From Octopus vulgaris (lineage: Eukaryota): 64,000 nt of DNA. Positions 14,385 through 27,922 of the stretch are shown in pieces. The position numbers and the translations under genes are program-made. Each line of letters starts with the position of its first letter. Within the stretch, counting starts at the first letter, position 1. The notes beneath the pieces are model-generated. The model was not told where the DNA came from, ran no database searches, and worked only from the letters and a program-made list of their open reading frames with translations. The stretch covers positions 83,328,001 to 83,392,000 of the forward strand of contig OX597821.1 of NCBI GenBank assembly GCA_951406725.2, written 5' to 3'.

Positions 14385-14978
14385 GGTTAGACTAACAAAT
14401 GAACGCCAGAACTTTTTTAAAGTCTAGTACTTATTCTATCGATTTTCCCCCTAAGCCTATAACTAACAGGGACGTGAACAAACTATCACCTGTTATCATG
14501 AGTTGGACACACACACACACACACACACACAGATACATATATATTTATGTTCTTGACATGTCTTGACCCCGACCCAGACAGAAGATAAACTGTTTTTACT
14601 TCAAATTTTTATAAACTTTTACTGATATTTGATAAGATCAGATTCACCAAAACCAGTGATATCTTCTTCATATAATTTTTTTATTAAATTCCCTCTTAAA
14701 TTGAAATGTCTTAGACTTACTTCTGTGCTATTTGCACCTGGTGTGGAAATAGCACAGAAGATGGTGTGATGGTTCTATAATAATACAGCACATAAAAAAA
14801 AAAGCTAAGGGTATATCATTTTTCCTACCCCTCTGAAGAGATTTTGCACGAAAAAATAATTTTAATAATATTTATTTAATCTTTATTGGGCTTAATTGAA
14901 ACAGCTGTAAGGGACTATGTTTGATTTTTGCTGATAATAAATCTTTATTAAATGCTATATCTCCATTTTCTTATTTCT

Positions 14979-15034
<56 letters not shown>

Positions 15035-15117
15035 CCGGAGTAAACACATAAATGTGAAACAAGGTGGAAAAAAGAGTACTCAAATACCAGTGGTAGAGTA
15101 ATATGCTTTATTATAAA

Positions 15118-15305
<188 letters not shown>

Positions 15306-16298
15306 GGACAGATAGATAGACGGCCAAATTGATCGAACGGGAAGATAGAGAAGTTTCTTGTGTTTATATATGTTTGGCAATTAAAGTATGTCAACCTAAA
15401 ACAAACGATTTCTCCAGAATTATATTCCTCACCTTTCTATGACCAGAGAAGTTTTCAGGGGTCAACTCACCCACAGAAATCTCAAAATACAGAGATGAGA
15501 AAACAAAAGACCAGAAACTGGTCTGATAATGAATAAAATTATGGATTCTGTTTCAAATCCTCTTTCGTTGTAGATAAAATAAGAATCAGTTGAACATTGG
15601 GATGCAATCAACCTGCCCCTTCCCTCTAAAATTGCTGGCCTTGTGTCAAAACTTGAAACCATTATATTTTATTATCAATGCCATTTCAGCGTGCAGCTAA
15701 CTCTAACCCTAAACCTGAACCTTAAACCTTGACCCTTAACCTAACCCAGTTCAGGTCATTTCACCTTGTTTATTTATTTATTTATATATTCATTCATTTA
15801 TTTATTTCCTTATTTATTTTGGCAATAATCTCCTAAATTGTAAATAAATACAGCTTGAATTTTTTTCCTTCTCCATAAAAGGGAAATATAATATTTATGT
15901 ATTTATTTACTTCGTATAGTAATCAGCCTTTATCTTATTTATAACGTTGACTGCTTTGTTGCAGGAGTGGTCGTTCTTATGAACATATATGGACATATGT
16001 CATCAACTCGATTGACACTAATATTTGGAGAAAATTTTCTTTGTTAATTATATGAATAATCTAACTTTTGCATTTACCATCCACTTTCATTTTTTTTCCT
16101 TGTTTGAGTCACTGGACTGTGACCATGCTGGGGCACTCACTGCTTTGTAGGATTAATCAAACAAATCGGCTGCCGTAATTATTTTGAGTCGAATACATAT
16201 TCTGTCGATTTCTCACTGTATCCCTAAGTCACAGTATATTAAACAAAATAATCCTCGTTTGTCAAGCGGTGGGGACACACACACATACATACACACAC

Positions 16299-16350
<52 letters not shown>

Positions 16351-16432
16351 CTGTGTTGTAAGTAGCTAGCTTCCAAACCACATGGTTCCGGGTTCAGTCC
16401 TACTGCGTGGCACCTTGGGCAAGCGTCCTCTA

Positions 16433-16829
16433 CAGTGCTGGATTAATCATTAAGCAAAATAAGCATGTGCTAAGGGCATCAAGGGAAGGAGGGGACATCA
16501 CAGAAATGGTAAATAGTTTACGGTACAAAAGAAATCACTTTAAACTTGTTAAAATATTTGGGATGCCTTTATCTCTACTAAGTATGCAGATGTGTTACCT
16601 ATGATTAATTGCAATTCAAAAAACGTAGAAGGAAACTTTTCAAATACAAATAAAGTGCAAGTATACAAAAATAAACATTATTTTCCCTCTTACTGTTTTG
16701 TTTCGTTTTGAAAAAGAAAAATTTATTACATGATTTGCTATTGTTTATATTTTGAATTACATAATCTTTTATGGGGGCACCAAAATCTTTTAAGTGCTTA
16801 GGGCCTCAATGGGTCTTAATCCGACCCTG
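16433..16829. mobile_element. hAT-type MITE inserted in a SINE; inverted partial copy at 24530-24614
   Basis: TIRs cagtgctggattaa / ttaatccgaccctg; imperfect 8-bp TSD gtcctcta / atcttcta. Confidence 0.8.
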
Positions 16830-17043
16830 ATCTTCTACTGTAACTTTGGGCCGACCAAAGTCTTGTGAGTAGATTTGGTAGATGGAAATTTAAAGAAGCC
16901 TGTTGTATATGTGTGTGTGTGTGTGTGTCTGTGTCAGTGTATATATATATATATATATATATATAAATCCTATCAGGTGGTGCTATTAAGTTAGACATGG
17001 CCTGGACCAATCTCTGGTCGAAACATATCTAAGTTTTATCTAA

Positions 17044-17158
<115 letters not shown>

Positions 17159-18193
17159 GTGTGTATCTTTGTGTCTGTTTGTCCCCTCGCCATCACTTGA
17201 CAACTGATGCTGATGTGTTTACGTCCCCATAGCTTAGTGGTTTAGCAAAAAGATTGATAGAATAAGTCCTGGGATCGATTTCTTTGACTATAACCCTGTA
17301 GGCAACGCTAATTGAAACAGATTCAAAACCCACAAAATATTCGTTGGGAGTCCTGATCGAACGTTCTAGATGATTCGAGAAAATTCTAGGGGAACATCAT
17401 TAACTCCCTCTTTGCTAATGTACTACACATAACTTCAAAATAACACACAGGAGGTCGCTAGTAGCACATCGTCTATTTAAGCGGTATTTCCGCTTAAATC
17501 AGCCTCTCTTCTCTACTGCTTCTTTGAGACATAACAAAGGTCCGCCACGACCCGGAGAGAGCCATTCTACGTCTGGTGCCCGCGGAAAGTAAATCTCGTA
17601 TCTTGATTTATTTCTATTTACTCAAAGTCATCATGGAACATAACAAGTTGTTCAAAACCATTCTTCTTCCTAGAAATCTTTATTGAACATTGTATACTCA
17701 CTGTACGCGTTCATTTATCACATGTCAGAATAAAACCTTGAACATGAAGTTATTCCCACGGGATGAGTGTTATTCTCATTTACTGCACAGAGATATTTCA
17801 TGGTTATTGGATTAATGATTCAGTCCAATTATTAAAAGTGTTGCCGTGTTTATTAGTGACCTCCCATGACGTTTTTTTATTAGTGACCTCCCATGTTAAA
17901 ACCCAGCATGGTATCAGTCAAATGAATGAAACAAGTCAAAGAATAAAAGAATATTTATCAGTTATATATCCGTAAGTAAGAAGAAAAAAGCATTTTCTAA
18001 AAGAGGAATTGATCGGTTATATAGTCATATAATATATTCCTAATTATGGTATATAACCAGCCATTCTTTTCGTGTTTATTATTGCACCTAGCAATGCAAG
18101 CGACTCGTCATCCTGCATGTTGGGAGTGCATAACCTCCTTTATGCCAAGTGCAATTTTAGGCTTGAATCTAATGGTAACTTTCTGATCAGTTA

Positions 18194-18426
18194 TTATTTC
18201 TTTATTGCCCACAAGAGGCTAAACACAGAGGAGACAAACAAGGACAGACAAAGGCGTTAAGTCGATCACATCGACCCCAGTGCGTAACTGGTACTTAATT
18301 TATCGACCCCGAAAGGATGAAAGGCAAAGTCGACCTCGGCGAAATTTGAACTCAGAACGTAACGGCAGACGAAATACGGCTACGCATTTCGCCCGGCGTG
18401 CTAACGTTTCTGCCAGCTCGCCGCCC
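18194..18426 (-). mobile_element. SINE family B with 14-bp TSD. Other copies at 219-400, 32660-33050, 42420-42620, 46170-46355, 58160-58610 and 62643-62872
   Basis: Core gtcgactttgcctttcatcctttcggggtcgataaattaagtaccag; TSD tttctgatcagtta at 18180-18193 and 18427-18440. Confidence 0.88.
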
Positions 18427-18673
18427 TTTCTGATCAGTTATGTCTTCCCGGAGCTACAGTAGGAGACACTTGTCCAAGTTGCTGAGCAATGGGACCGAAA
18501 TCGAACCCATGTGATTGTGAATCGAAGCTCTTAACTTCACAATCATGCATGCGACTACATAAATCATGTAAGATCCGGCAGTGTGTTGTATTTCATTTAC
18601 AGAAGCTCCTCTGAGGTATTTTTCTCTCGGTCACACTGTTGATGTAGGTAATCAGTGTCCATGCACTCCTCTT

Positions 18674-18722
<49 letters not shown>

Positions 18723-19283
18723 CTCTCTCTGTGCACACACATACACGCTGAAAGTAGACTCGTGACCGAGTAAGACCACTTCTTGAAGTAAGTGGGGTAA
18801 AAAAATCCTTGTGCGTAATTTAACTTTGAGCGGATAAAGTGTTGCACAGCACAAAACCCACTTTTAAGCACATTCAGCTATGACACCAGTGGAACAACAG
18901 AGATTGAGACAACCAGAGACCAACTACACTTCAGGATTTTTTTATTTATTTGAGTTTCCTTTTTTTATATACTAGAAGGAAGTTCTAACTAGAACTAGGG
19001 CTGCTTCACTTCCATTGGACTGGAGTTCCTCACTCTTAGCTGTTGGATGACTGATATCTTCACTGAGTCCATCCATCCTTTGACGGGTTTTATTTTCCAT
19101 CCTGCAAGGTGACCACCACCACGTAATACGAGATGCTGTGGCTGCCGATTGACTGCACCACGCCATACTATCTATTTATGACCCAAACAGACGAGGTAAC
19201 CTCTTTGCGGTGTTAACCTGCTAGAAATAGCTACCTGGTCAACCTCAAATTGCACACAGACGGACGCATTAGATAATATAATT

Positions 19284-19650
19284 GTGACACTCCGTCGGTT
19301 GCGACGACGAGGGTTCCAGTTGTTCCGATCAATGGAACAACCAGCTCGTGAAAGTAACTGAGCACTCCACAGACGCGTGTATCCCTAACGTAGTTCTCGG
19401 AGAGATTCAGCGTGACACAGAGTGTGACAAGGCTGGCCCTTTAAAATACAAGTACAACAGAAAGAAAGAGTGAGAGAAAGCTGTGGTGAAAGAATACAGC
19501 AGAGTTCGCCACCCCACCCCCCTGCTGGAGCCTCGTGGAGCTTTAGGTGTTTTCGCTCAATAAATACTCAGAATGACCGGTCTGGGAATCGAAACCGCGA
19601 TCCTATGACCACGAGTCCGCCGCCATAACCACTGGGCCATTGCGCCTCCA
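19284..19650 (-). mobile_element. tRNA-derived SINE family C
   Basis: Head ggaggcgcaatggcccagtggtt...gtttcgattccc; similar to 21474-21869, 8727-9045 and 59590-59872. Confidence 0.85.
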
Positions 19651-21473
19651 CTAGATAATACAATACCTGGAACAAGAAACCAAAAAAAAAAGGTTAACTA
19701 CAGCTGGAATGTTTTTGATTTTTGGTTTCGGCTGAGGCTATTTTATGCAGATAAAGTGAAGCATTGGGAATGATAAAATTTTGTTAAAAGACAGTATAGC
19801 ACCAAGCGAAGTTTAGTGGAACTGATCCTCGCTGACTACATCAACAAATTCCTTAAGTTCCTGTCAAAGGATTGCACGGAAACTCATTCTCCATTTAAGT
19901 TGGCAGCCACGATGCAAGATCAATGCATTCTCTTTGCCGAAGATCAGCTCTGTACTCCAGCAACAGAGACAACGGAGAAAGCTATGGATGCTGAGACCTG
20001 CTTCAAAGTAGTTGTGGTTGGCAAGAAACCGCAAACGAAACCCCTTTGTATGAGAAGGCTAATCTGGTCCTTGCTGTTCCACTCAGACAAAACATTTCGT
20101 TAAACTACGGGCGAAACGCTTGTGATTTTGAAATACCTGCTGAAGATACACAAGTGTTTCCTACGATGCGAATGATTTGTTTACTATCAAGAGAACGTGC
20201 TGGTAATGTTTTTTTTTATGTTGCTCCTGCATTTTCAACTTGGAGCAAACCATCTCTGGTATTTATTTCACCAAGTTGAGTTAATGAGAACATATTTCAT
20301 GTAGAATGCGTAAAAAAGTTACCGTATTTGACAACTTAATATGGTGCATTAAACAAAAAGAACAATCTCTGAAATTCAGCATGCATGTTATAAACACAAG
20401 TTTAGGGTTTGAAATAGTGGCGAGTGGTGGTTCAAGAAAGACAAGCATACTAAAACTGATGTAAATATCTCTCTATATATAAACGGCAAATTGTTTGTCT
20501 GTGTGTATTCCTTTGTACAAATCCACAATTTTTCAGTTAGAGGGCTCGCACTTTCTATGGTCATTCAAAACCGCCCAAGGGTGGTCGTGCACATCTTTAC
20601 ATTTCCTCGGTCACCCCGCAAAGCCATTAAAAAATCAATAGAAGTGACTTTTTTTGTGAATTTTCTATCCAAAACCCAATCAAAATGCCCAAAACTTGAT
20701 ACGCCAATTGAATGCCAGCTAGCTGTATGTGATTGGTCGGAGATTTGGACAGTATTTGCGTGTATGTGCGCACGCACGCAGCTGTATATGCATGCACTAG
20801 CACTATGACCCGGAGCTGCCGTGTCATAGTGTAAGTTTTAAGATAGTGTGCTTTATAAGTCGTCCAATACGGTAATTTGAAATATTTCTGCGATGAGTAA
20901 ACGCCAATATTAATTAGCACGATGATTGATTTTTAATTATTTCAGTCAGTACAGTACACAACTACAAATCAACGCTCTCTCTAGTTACTTTTTTTTCTTC
21001 TTTATAACTTGTGTGTGCAACATTCTTATATGTAAAGTCTTACCTATGATAAAATTGTGTGCATTGATTACATATAATTATTAATTACCACTCTATTTTA
21101 GGCAACTATACTTCTGTGCACACTTTAATTCCTTGTGTGCAAGCGCACGCACACAAACACACACGCATAGCTTAGAGTTTCTCTAAGCACGGATAGTACT
21201 ATCCTCTTGGAAGTGTCATGAGTTCACGAGGGGGGCGGGATGTAGAGGGATTTTTATCAGAAATAAAATAAACTCCCAACAATATTTATTATATTTTAAA
21301 CACTTTTCCACAAAATCGCTCTCAAGATTCGAATATGAGCCAGACAGTAGGTTATCAGCGAGGAGAAACATATCTAGTGATATACCAAAGTCCAATATAT
21401 GACACCTCGCTTTTAGTAATTTCCATAAAAATGTAATTTAAAAGGCACTAGTTCGTACAAATATCTAAAAGGC

Positions 21474-21869
21474 TCTTCTTCTCTTCTTAGCACTCCGTCG
21501 GTTACGACGATGAGGGTTCCGGTTGATCCGAATCAACGGAACAGCCTGCTCGTGAAATTAACGTGTAAGTGGCTGAGCACTCCACAGACACGTGTACCCT
21601 TAACGTAGTTCTCGGGGATATTCAGCGTGACACAGAGAGTGACAAGGCCGGCCCCTTGAAATACAGGTACAACAGAAACAGGAAGTAAAAGTGAGAGAAA
21701 GTTGTGGTGAAAGAGTACAGCAGGGATCACCACCATCCCCTGCCGGAGCCTCGTGGAGCTTTAGGTGTTTTCGCTCAATAAACACTCACAATGCCCGGTC
21801 TGGGAATCGAAACCGCGATCCTATGACCGCGAGTCCGCTGCCCTAACCACTGGGCCATTGCGCCTCCAC
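21474..21869 (-). mobile_element. Full-length SINE family C with 11-bp TSD
   Basis: TSD atctaaaaggc at 21463-21473 and 21870-21880. Confidence 0.9.
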
Positions 21870-22334
21870 ATCTAAAAGGCAGTACATGGTAGATGGGATA
21901 GCGAAAGAAAATATGGATAATAAAAATGTTGTGCAAAATTAATATTCGTTTTAAGATCATTTTTTAACGCCATTCAGTGAGGAGGAGCGCTATGTTTTAA
22001 AAGCAAATTGTGAACCACTGGCTGGGAAAAAACAAGGCTCCGGACATATTTCAGTTTTGTTAGACCTCCTCAACGAAGATTCGATTCCACCGTACTGCCT
22101 GAAATTATGGGAGAATCTCGGATCTTTTCCCTTTCAACGGCAGATCGAAAAAATCATTTTTTGTAACTAAACACTTTTAAAAAATAATTTTTTGTAACTA
22201 AACACTTTTAAAAAATAATTTTTCGTAACTAAACACTTTTAAACTTCGGACACTGGTAGAATGTGTCTACGTAGACGTACAATATTGTGCACGAGTGAGC
22301 GTGAAAAATTAGATTATTAAAAGAGGTTATTTAC

Positions 22335-22770
22335 TGTAACTAAAATGGGGTAATGATGAAGACAGAAACTTGGTTGAGAGATTTTCAGTTAAGGAGGTAT
22401 TTATTTTCGCTTACAAGGAAAATACCGTTACGACGAATGACCAAATTGTAGGAAGTTGGGATGTCGTTCTTCTTCGTGTAACTGTGGAGACAGACTCGGA
22501 AATTCAGTCGTTGATCAGCATTCAACAGGTCACCTCTTCATCTCGGCCATTCTTTCTGTGTGACAGCTTTTAGCGCTGTGTGTGCTCTGGCACACTGCTC
22601 CAGGTGCCTGAGATGTGGTGCTTTTATGGCTAAAACTCGGCTCAGAGAGACAGCTCAAAAAGCTTGAATCTCTGCAGGAGGTCAGCTCTAGGCGGTGTCC
22701 CGATTGGTCAGAATTTCCTTATTCTAGCCAATCGTGATATCGGATATTGTGACTAAATATTCCTGTCACA
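22335..22770 (-). mobile_element. Solo LTR (about 436 bp)
   Basis: Minus strand runs TGTGAC...GTTACA, with CCAAT, CATAAAAG and AATAAA in LTR order; TTATT near both flanks. Confidence 0.65.
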
Positions 22771-23498
22771 TTATTAACGTTATTTACTCGGATATGTCAT
22801 CTGCACGAGAAACAATAGTTAAGATAAACATACCTAATGTAGAAATGTGTTGACATGAATTTAACTGTTGTGCTTCACGCGGATAGCGTTCCTGAGTAAG
22901 CAATGTATTTATTTAAAACGTGAATTTTCAGTGTAGGACTTCGAATTTAGATTTCCGATTTGGCGATCATCGTATCGATAAGCGAGTCGACGCCACCACT
23001 TGTGATGGCTGTTATATCTTCAACAAACCTCATGTTTAAAAAAGGAAGAAGAAAAAAAAGCAAGCGACATTGAATAATGTAGTTCTAGAGACAATGTCTG
23101 GAAAATAAATATATAAATAGAAAATGACGAAATAGCCATGATTGAAATGCTTGTGAGTATATCTCAGCTCGACCACGGTTGTCCCGAGGTGAAACACCAG
23201 TCGTAACAACGATACCGTGGACGATACAGTCGCAGTCATCGGCATTGTTTCTTACCGTACGACGAAAACACAGACAACGAAATATTTCTTTGAAGTGACT
23301 CAAATGAAATTACCAGAGGTGGGGTGAGGGAACTATCAGAAATGCTGAAAGAAATATTACCATTATATACAAAAGGTGTATAGCGTACGCTCGAGTGAAA
23401 CCCTTATCTCTCCTTTATTATATATACGTGCATTCGAACGTAGCAGGTAACAGCTAGCCTTTGGCCGCTATTTGGACCCTGTTATGTCCACTACTCTG

Positions 23499-23610
23499 AT
23501 TGGTTGGCATTGGCGTATTTTGTCTCTACTCTGTCGCGCCAATTTGCAGCGTATAACCAATCGGAGCCTCTATATAAAATCACATAAGACAGCCTGTTCT
23601 TAACTCAGTT
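23499..23610 (+). promoter_or_regulatory. Pol II promoter-like cluster (4 CCAAT boxes, TATA, Inr)
   Basis: ATTGG at 23499 and 23509, CCAAT at 23539 and 23557, TATATAAAA at 23571, TCAGTT at 23605. Confidence 0.45.
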
Positions 23611-23704
23611 TTGAACTTACAGCTCCTTATAAAAACCCAACTTCTCCTCGTCTCGATGTCTTTTGTTCCAGACCCCTGTTGGTTCCAGTCTCTCTTTTTT
23701 CTGT

Positions 23705-24525
23705 ACAGCAGTGAAGTGCGTGAGTGTTATATTTGTCGTTTCGTTGTTAAAATTGCTTCGTGTTTTTTAAACACTTTGTTTAACTTGTTCTGCCTTACAG
23801 CAGTCTATTGACGCTTTCTCCTTTAGAAGAAGGGTGTTGGCCCAAGTATTAATGATGGAATGTGAAAGCCTCACCTCCTCGGAGCTTACATCTTCTGAGG
23901 AGGAGCTATCGAGGTCGGTTGAAATAAAGGACGAGCAATTGAAGAAAAGGAACTTTGCGGCTGTCTCCAAGAGCCACAATAGTGAGGTCGATCTGGCAGA
24001 GCTGGAAAAATATAAGAACACGCTGTGTAGAGAGGGATACGAAGTAAAGGTGTTCCCTCCTCAAGAAATTATGAAAGACACTAAGGAGAAATGATATTAT
24101 ATAGAACATACTCCACAGAAACAAAGAAGATTGAGATAATGACAACTACACAAGTTGAAAGGACTTTGAAACCAATCTGGCAAGAAATCTCGTACCTTGC
24201 TAGTGGAAGGAAGTACGGAACGGTAGAGGTGCGTTTCCGAGAGGTAGCTGCTTCCAGGTTACACTCAGCAACCCCTTTAAAAACAGAAGAAGTGGTACTT
24301 CTACCCATATACCTTGGGAGACGTGCTTCCAGAGTTAGGGTAGAAGATATACCACCAGATTTTGACGTAGCCTTGCTAGTAGCTGCCATACTGCAAGGCA
24401 ATGAAGAGAAGATAGTGGTCCTCCAGGCCACAAGAACGGCTCATAAAAATTGGCAAGGGCAGACTCTGGATATGATTATCCAGGGACCCCGGAAGATATC
24501 GAAAATTTAATAGAAACCATTGCTA
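23705..24525 (+). mobile_element. 5' end of a Tx1/L1-like LINE: 5' UTR and frameshifted ORF1
   Basis: Overlapping ORFs 23834-24094 and 24091-24510 (RNFAAV..., YGTVEVRF..., LLPIYLGRRASRVRVEDIPP) resemble Tx1-type ORF1; truncated at a MITE end. Confidence 0.55.
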
Positions 24526-25829
24526 TAGTAAACCATTTACTATTTCTGTGATGACCCCCGGTCACTTGATGCCCTAAGCACATGCTTATTTTGCTTAATG
24601 GTTAATCCAGTACTGCTTGCAGGTGACTCTTATTTTTTGATATGTGTACTTCTTTGTAATATCGTTGTCTGCAGAGGACCAATTTGACCTGTGATTCTCA
24701 TAAGAATGTTAAGCTGCACATTGAAGATTGCAACTTTAACCTACCTATGGGGAAATCAAAACTTCTTTATAGCTTTCATGTTCTCAAACAATAAATCTCA
24801 TTGTATTATTTTCTCATCGATCAGACTCGCCTGTGAATCTACAGGTGTTGCATTTCTTTGATCCAACTTCGAGGTGATGCGACGAACGGTGCCCTTTCTA
24901 CCCTGAGTCATAATGTCTGTTTTATGAATATTCGTTACAAAAAAGGCCTTCCTGCTACACAGAAAATCATTCCGAATGAAATTCTATTCCTTTGTCCACC
25001 CTGGACTGAATTTCATTCACATCAGCTTTGTTTGCCTCAGACTTTGAGAAAACTTATCTCCGTTTTTTTTTCTTTTATTGACGGAGATTCATCTATCGGA
25101 ATTTGTCAGTTTTATTAACAACATATTTTTACAGGAAGAAAATAAAGGAAAAACATTAAAAGTATAGAAGGTCAAATGTTCGAGAATAAAAAAAAAGAAC
25201 CCATAGCAACCTCACCAAGGAAACTATGAAAAAGAAAAAAAAGGGGTAGATGCAAATAAGCAGCAAAATATGGTGGTGGTGGTGGGAGTAACGGGTTGTA
25301 AATCCCAAACCAAATGATTGCGCTCTGTCATATCACAGGCGTAGAAACATTGTTCTATCGCTCGGTAAATGCATAGAAGCGTTTTGGCTTCGGTTGCACG
25401 TGTAACATAACTGGTAATACATTAAAAAGAGGACCTTCTGTGAAACAGTTAATTTATTCTTTTACTTGTTTCAGCCATGTGAGCGTGGCCTTGCTGGAGC
25501 ACCGCCTTAAAGGGTTTTAGTCAAAGAAAATCTGCCCCAGCACTTATTCTTTGTAAGCCTAGTACTTATTTTATCGATAACTTTTGCCGAACCGCTATTT
25601 TACGGGGACCTAAACACACCAGCATCGGTTGTCAAGCGATGGTAGGGGAACAAACACAGACACACACACGACAGGCTTCACTCACAAGAATTTGGTATGC
25701 CCAAGGCTATAGTAGAAGACCTTGCCCAAGGGGATACGCAGTGGGACTGGACCCGGAATCATATGGTTGGGGAGCAAGCTTCTCACCACACAGCCACCGC
25801 TTTCGCCAATAACAAAATATTTTATTCTA

Positions 25830-26355
25830 TTTACTTCCTTCGCCTCAGCGGTTTTCAGCGTATTTGTTTGTTTGTTTGTGGACAAAATATCTCAAGAACC
25901 GCTGGATGGATTCGGATGAAACTTTCAGGGATGTTTAGCCTCATTACTGGCACAAACGGATTAGACTTTGGGAACGATCCGGTACCGGACAAGAATTCTG
26001 GATTATTTTTCCGGTTTTAATGCAGTGCTGAAAAGTGAAGTGAGCAACATTGTACGAGTTGGCAGTGAACTCTTCAAGAAACACTTTCTTCCTGATGATC
26101 TCCTATACAACCCCAAAACAGCTGGGCTCTTTTACCTCAGAGAAGACCTGGATGGAAAAGCATTCAGCATACAAATGAAAAAAAAAAGGACCACCCATGG
26201 GTGTTTTTGAGAGCGGTCGAGTTCATTTTTAGTATTCTCGTTTGTGAGAGGAGTCGAATTTATTTCAGATATTCTCATTTTAAAAGTCATCTCTGGCTAA
26301 TCGTTGAGAAGACGTTGGTGTTGCTTTGGCGGAGGATTGCGGTCTCTGAGTGCAT
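25830..26355 (+). mobile_element. Helentron/HINE-like non-autonomous element with a ~190-bp insertion
   Basis: Homologous to 31768-32132; ends ttggcggaggattgcggtctctgagtgc. Confidence 0.6.
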
Positions 26356-27129
26356 TTGTTTATTTATATATTTATTCATTTACTTATTTGTGTGTGTATA
26401 TTTGACTTACTTTGGAATGAACCGATATGCACAATTCGAAGTAAAGATTGTGGGACGCTGCCGGCGGCATTCCGCACAGGGATTAGTGAAACATGGCAAC
26501 ATCTCCTAAATGTAAGATAAAATTGCTAAAATATGGGAAATTAATTTTAGGAGAAATACACCAACGCATAAAGCGATGGCGAATGCTGAAGATAGTCCCA
26601 CATAATACTGGAAAAGTTGTTAAGTGTATTTATGTGTGTATTCATTGTTTGGGAACCGACTAGCTCCTACACGAACACATCAAAACAAAAACAGCAACCC
26701 TCTTCCTAGAAATGGAGAAGTGTTGTAAGAAGGATTAAAATATAAGGCTGAAAATCCGGGGAGACGGAACCAACGATTATATTGACTCTACTACATGATT
26801 AATTCTTTTATCAATTCCGGAAAGCTGGAATGCAAAATTGACTTAGAGAATAAACAAATAATGAAAAAGAATTTTATCGATGCTCAAACGACGTGGTTTG
26901 TTGAGAAATACGAGTATATATAATCGAAACCTCCACACACATACACACATGTGCGTGAGTGTATTATGTATGCATATATGTATGTAAGTCTCTTCTATTT
27001 TTTAAATTATTATAAATCTTCCACTGAGGGGGGAGCCAGTTTCCAACGAAGATACAAGGCTCCATCTTTGGGATGTAGTTAACACAGACAAATTCACATT
27101 TGGAACTTGAGAAAAGTTTGGATATTTTT

Positions 27130-27922
27130 ACTGTTCCACTCACAGATTGCACTTGTAATGTACGAATTAGCCAATCGATTTCTCTTTCTGAAAATCCCAA
27201 AAAACAAAAATGAACGAGCCACAATCTCCGCTGGTTTGTTTGCTCGTCACCGCTCAACTTATGGACACAAGCAACGATTTCTTTACCGAATCGTTACTGG
27301 AGACGAAAAATGATGCCTGTACATTAATATGAAGCAGCGTAAGGAATGGCTTAACCCCGGTAAACAATCGACACCGCACGTGAAACAGGGTCTTCATCCG
27401 CGTAAAACGATGTTGTGCATATGGTGGGACTGGGAGGGGATTATCCATTACGAATTGCTTGAAAGGAACCAAACGGTCAACGCGGAACTCTATGTTTAAC
27501 AGATGGAACGACTCAACCACGGCTATTCAAGAGAAAAGACGTAATCGGCAGCATGGTGTTCTTCTACTGCACGACAACGCCCGTCCTCATATCACCAATA
27601 TGACCAAGGAAGTTATTCAAACACATGACTGGGAAGTGCTGCCACACCCACCGTACTCTCCTGATTTGACACCAACGGATTTCCACCTCTTTTGATCTCT
27701 TTCAAATGCTATGCGCGGAGTTTCGCTTGGTTAGATCAATTTTTCGAGTCGAAATCGGGTGATTTCTACCAACGAGGTATTGAAAATCTTGTTGAACGTT
27801 GGGAAGAAGTTGTAAACAACAAGGGTGAATGCATTATTGATTAATTAGTTGTTGTTTTTTATTAACCCTTTTAAAAAATTTAAATTTTAAAAAACGGCGG
27901 GAACTTAGTTGCCAACCCAATA
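27130..27922 (+). mobile_element. mariner (DD34D) transposase pseudogene, 5'-truncated, with right TIR
   Basis: RFLYRIVTGDEK*, LHPRKTMLCIWWDWEGIIHYELL, LLHDNARPH, WEVLPHPPYSPDLTPTDFHLF; TIR ...gaacttagttgccaacccaa followed by TA; stops and frameshifts present. Confidence 0.93.

Larger units (their letters stand above)
20468..23457 (+). mobile_element. Non-autonomous Helitron-like element carrying nested insertions
   Basis: 5' A|TCTCTCTATATATAAA and 3' ...cgtagcaggtaacagCTAG; interrupted at 20797 by an oppositely oriented Helitron 3' end (hairpin cactatgac...gtcatagtg plus CTAG). Confidence 0.55.

Noticed and set aside
18597-19166. Short minus-strand ORFs (SAWTLITYINSVTERKIPQRSF; MENKTRQR...)
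   Set aside because: Only faint resemblance to a piggyBac C-terminus and no consistent splice chain
19816-20279. 95-aa and 77-aa plus-strand ORFs
   Set aside because: No recognisable motif or convincing splice sites
22150-22245. Three ~31-bp direct repeats considered as CRISPR-like
   Set aside because: Head-to-tail with no spacers, in eukaryotic transposon context
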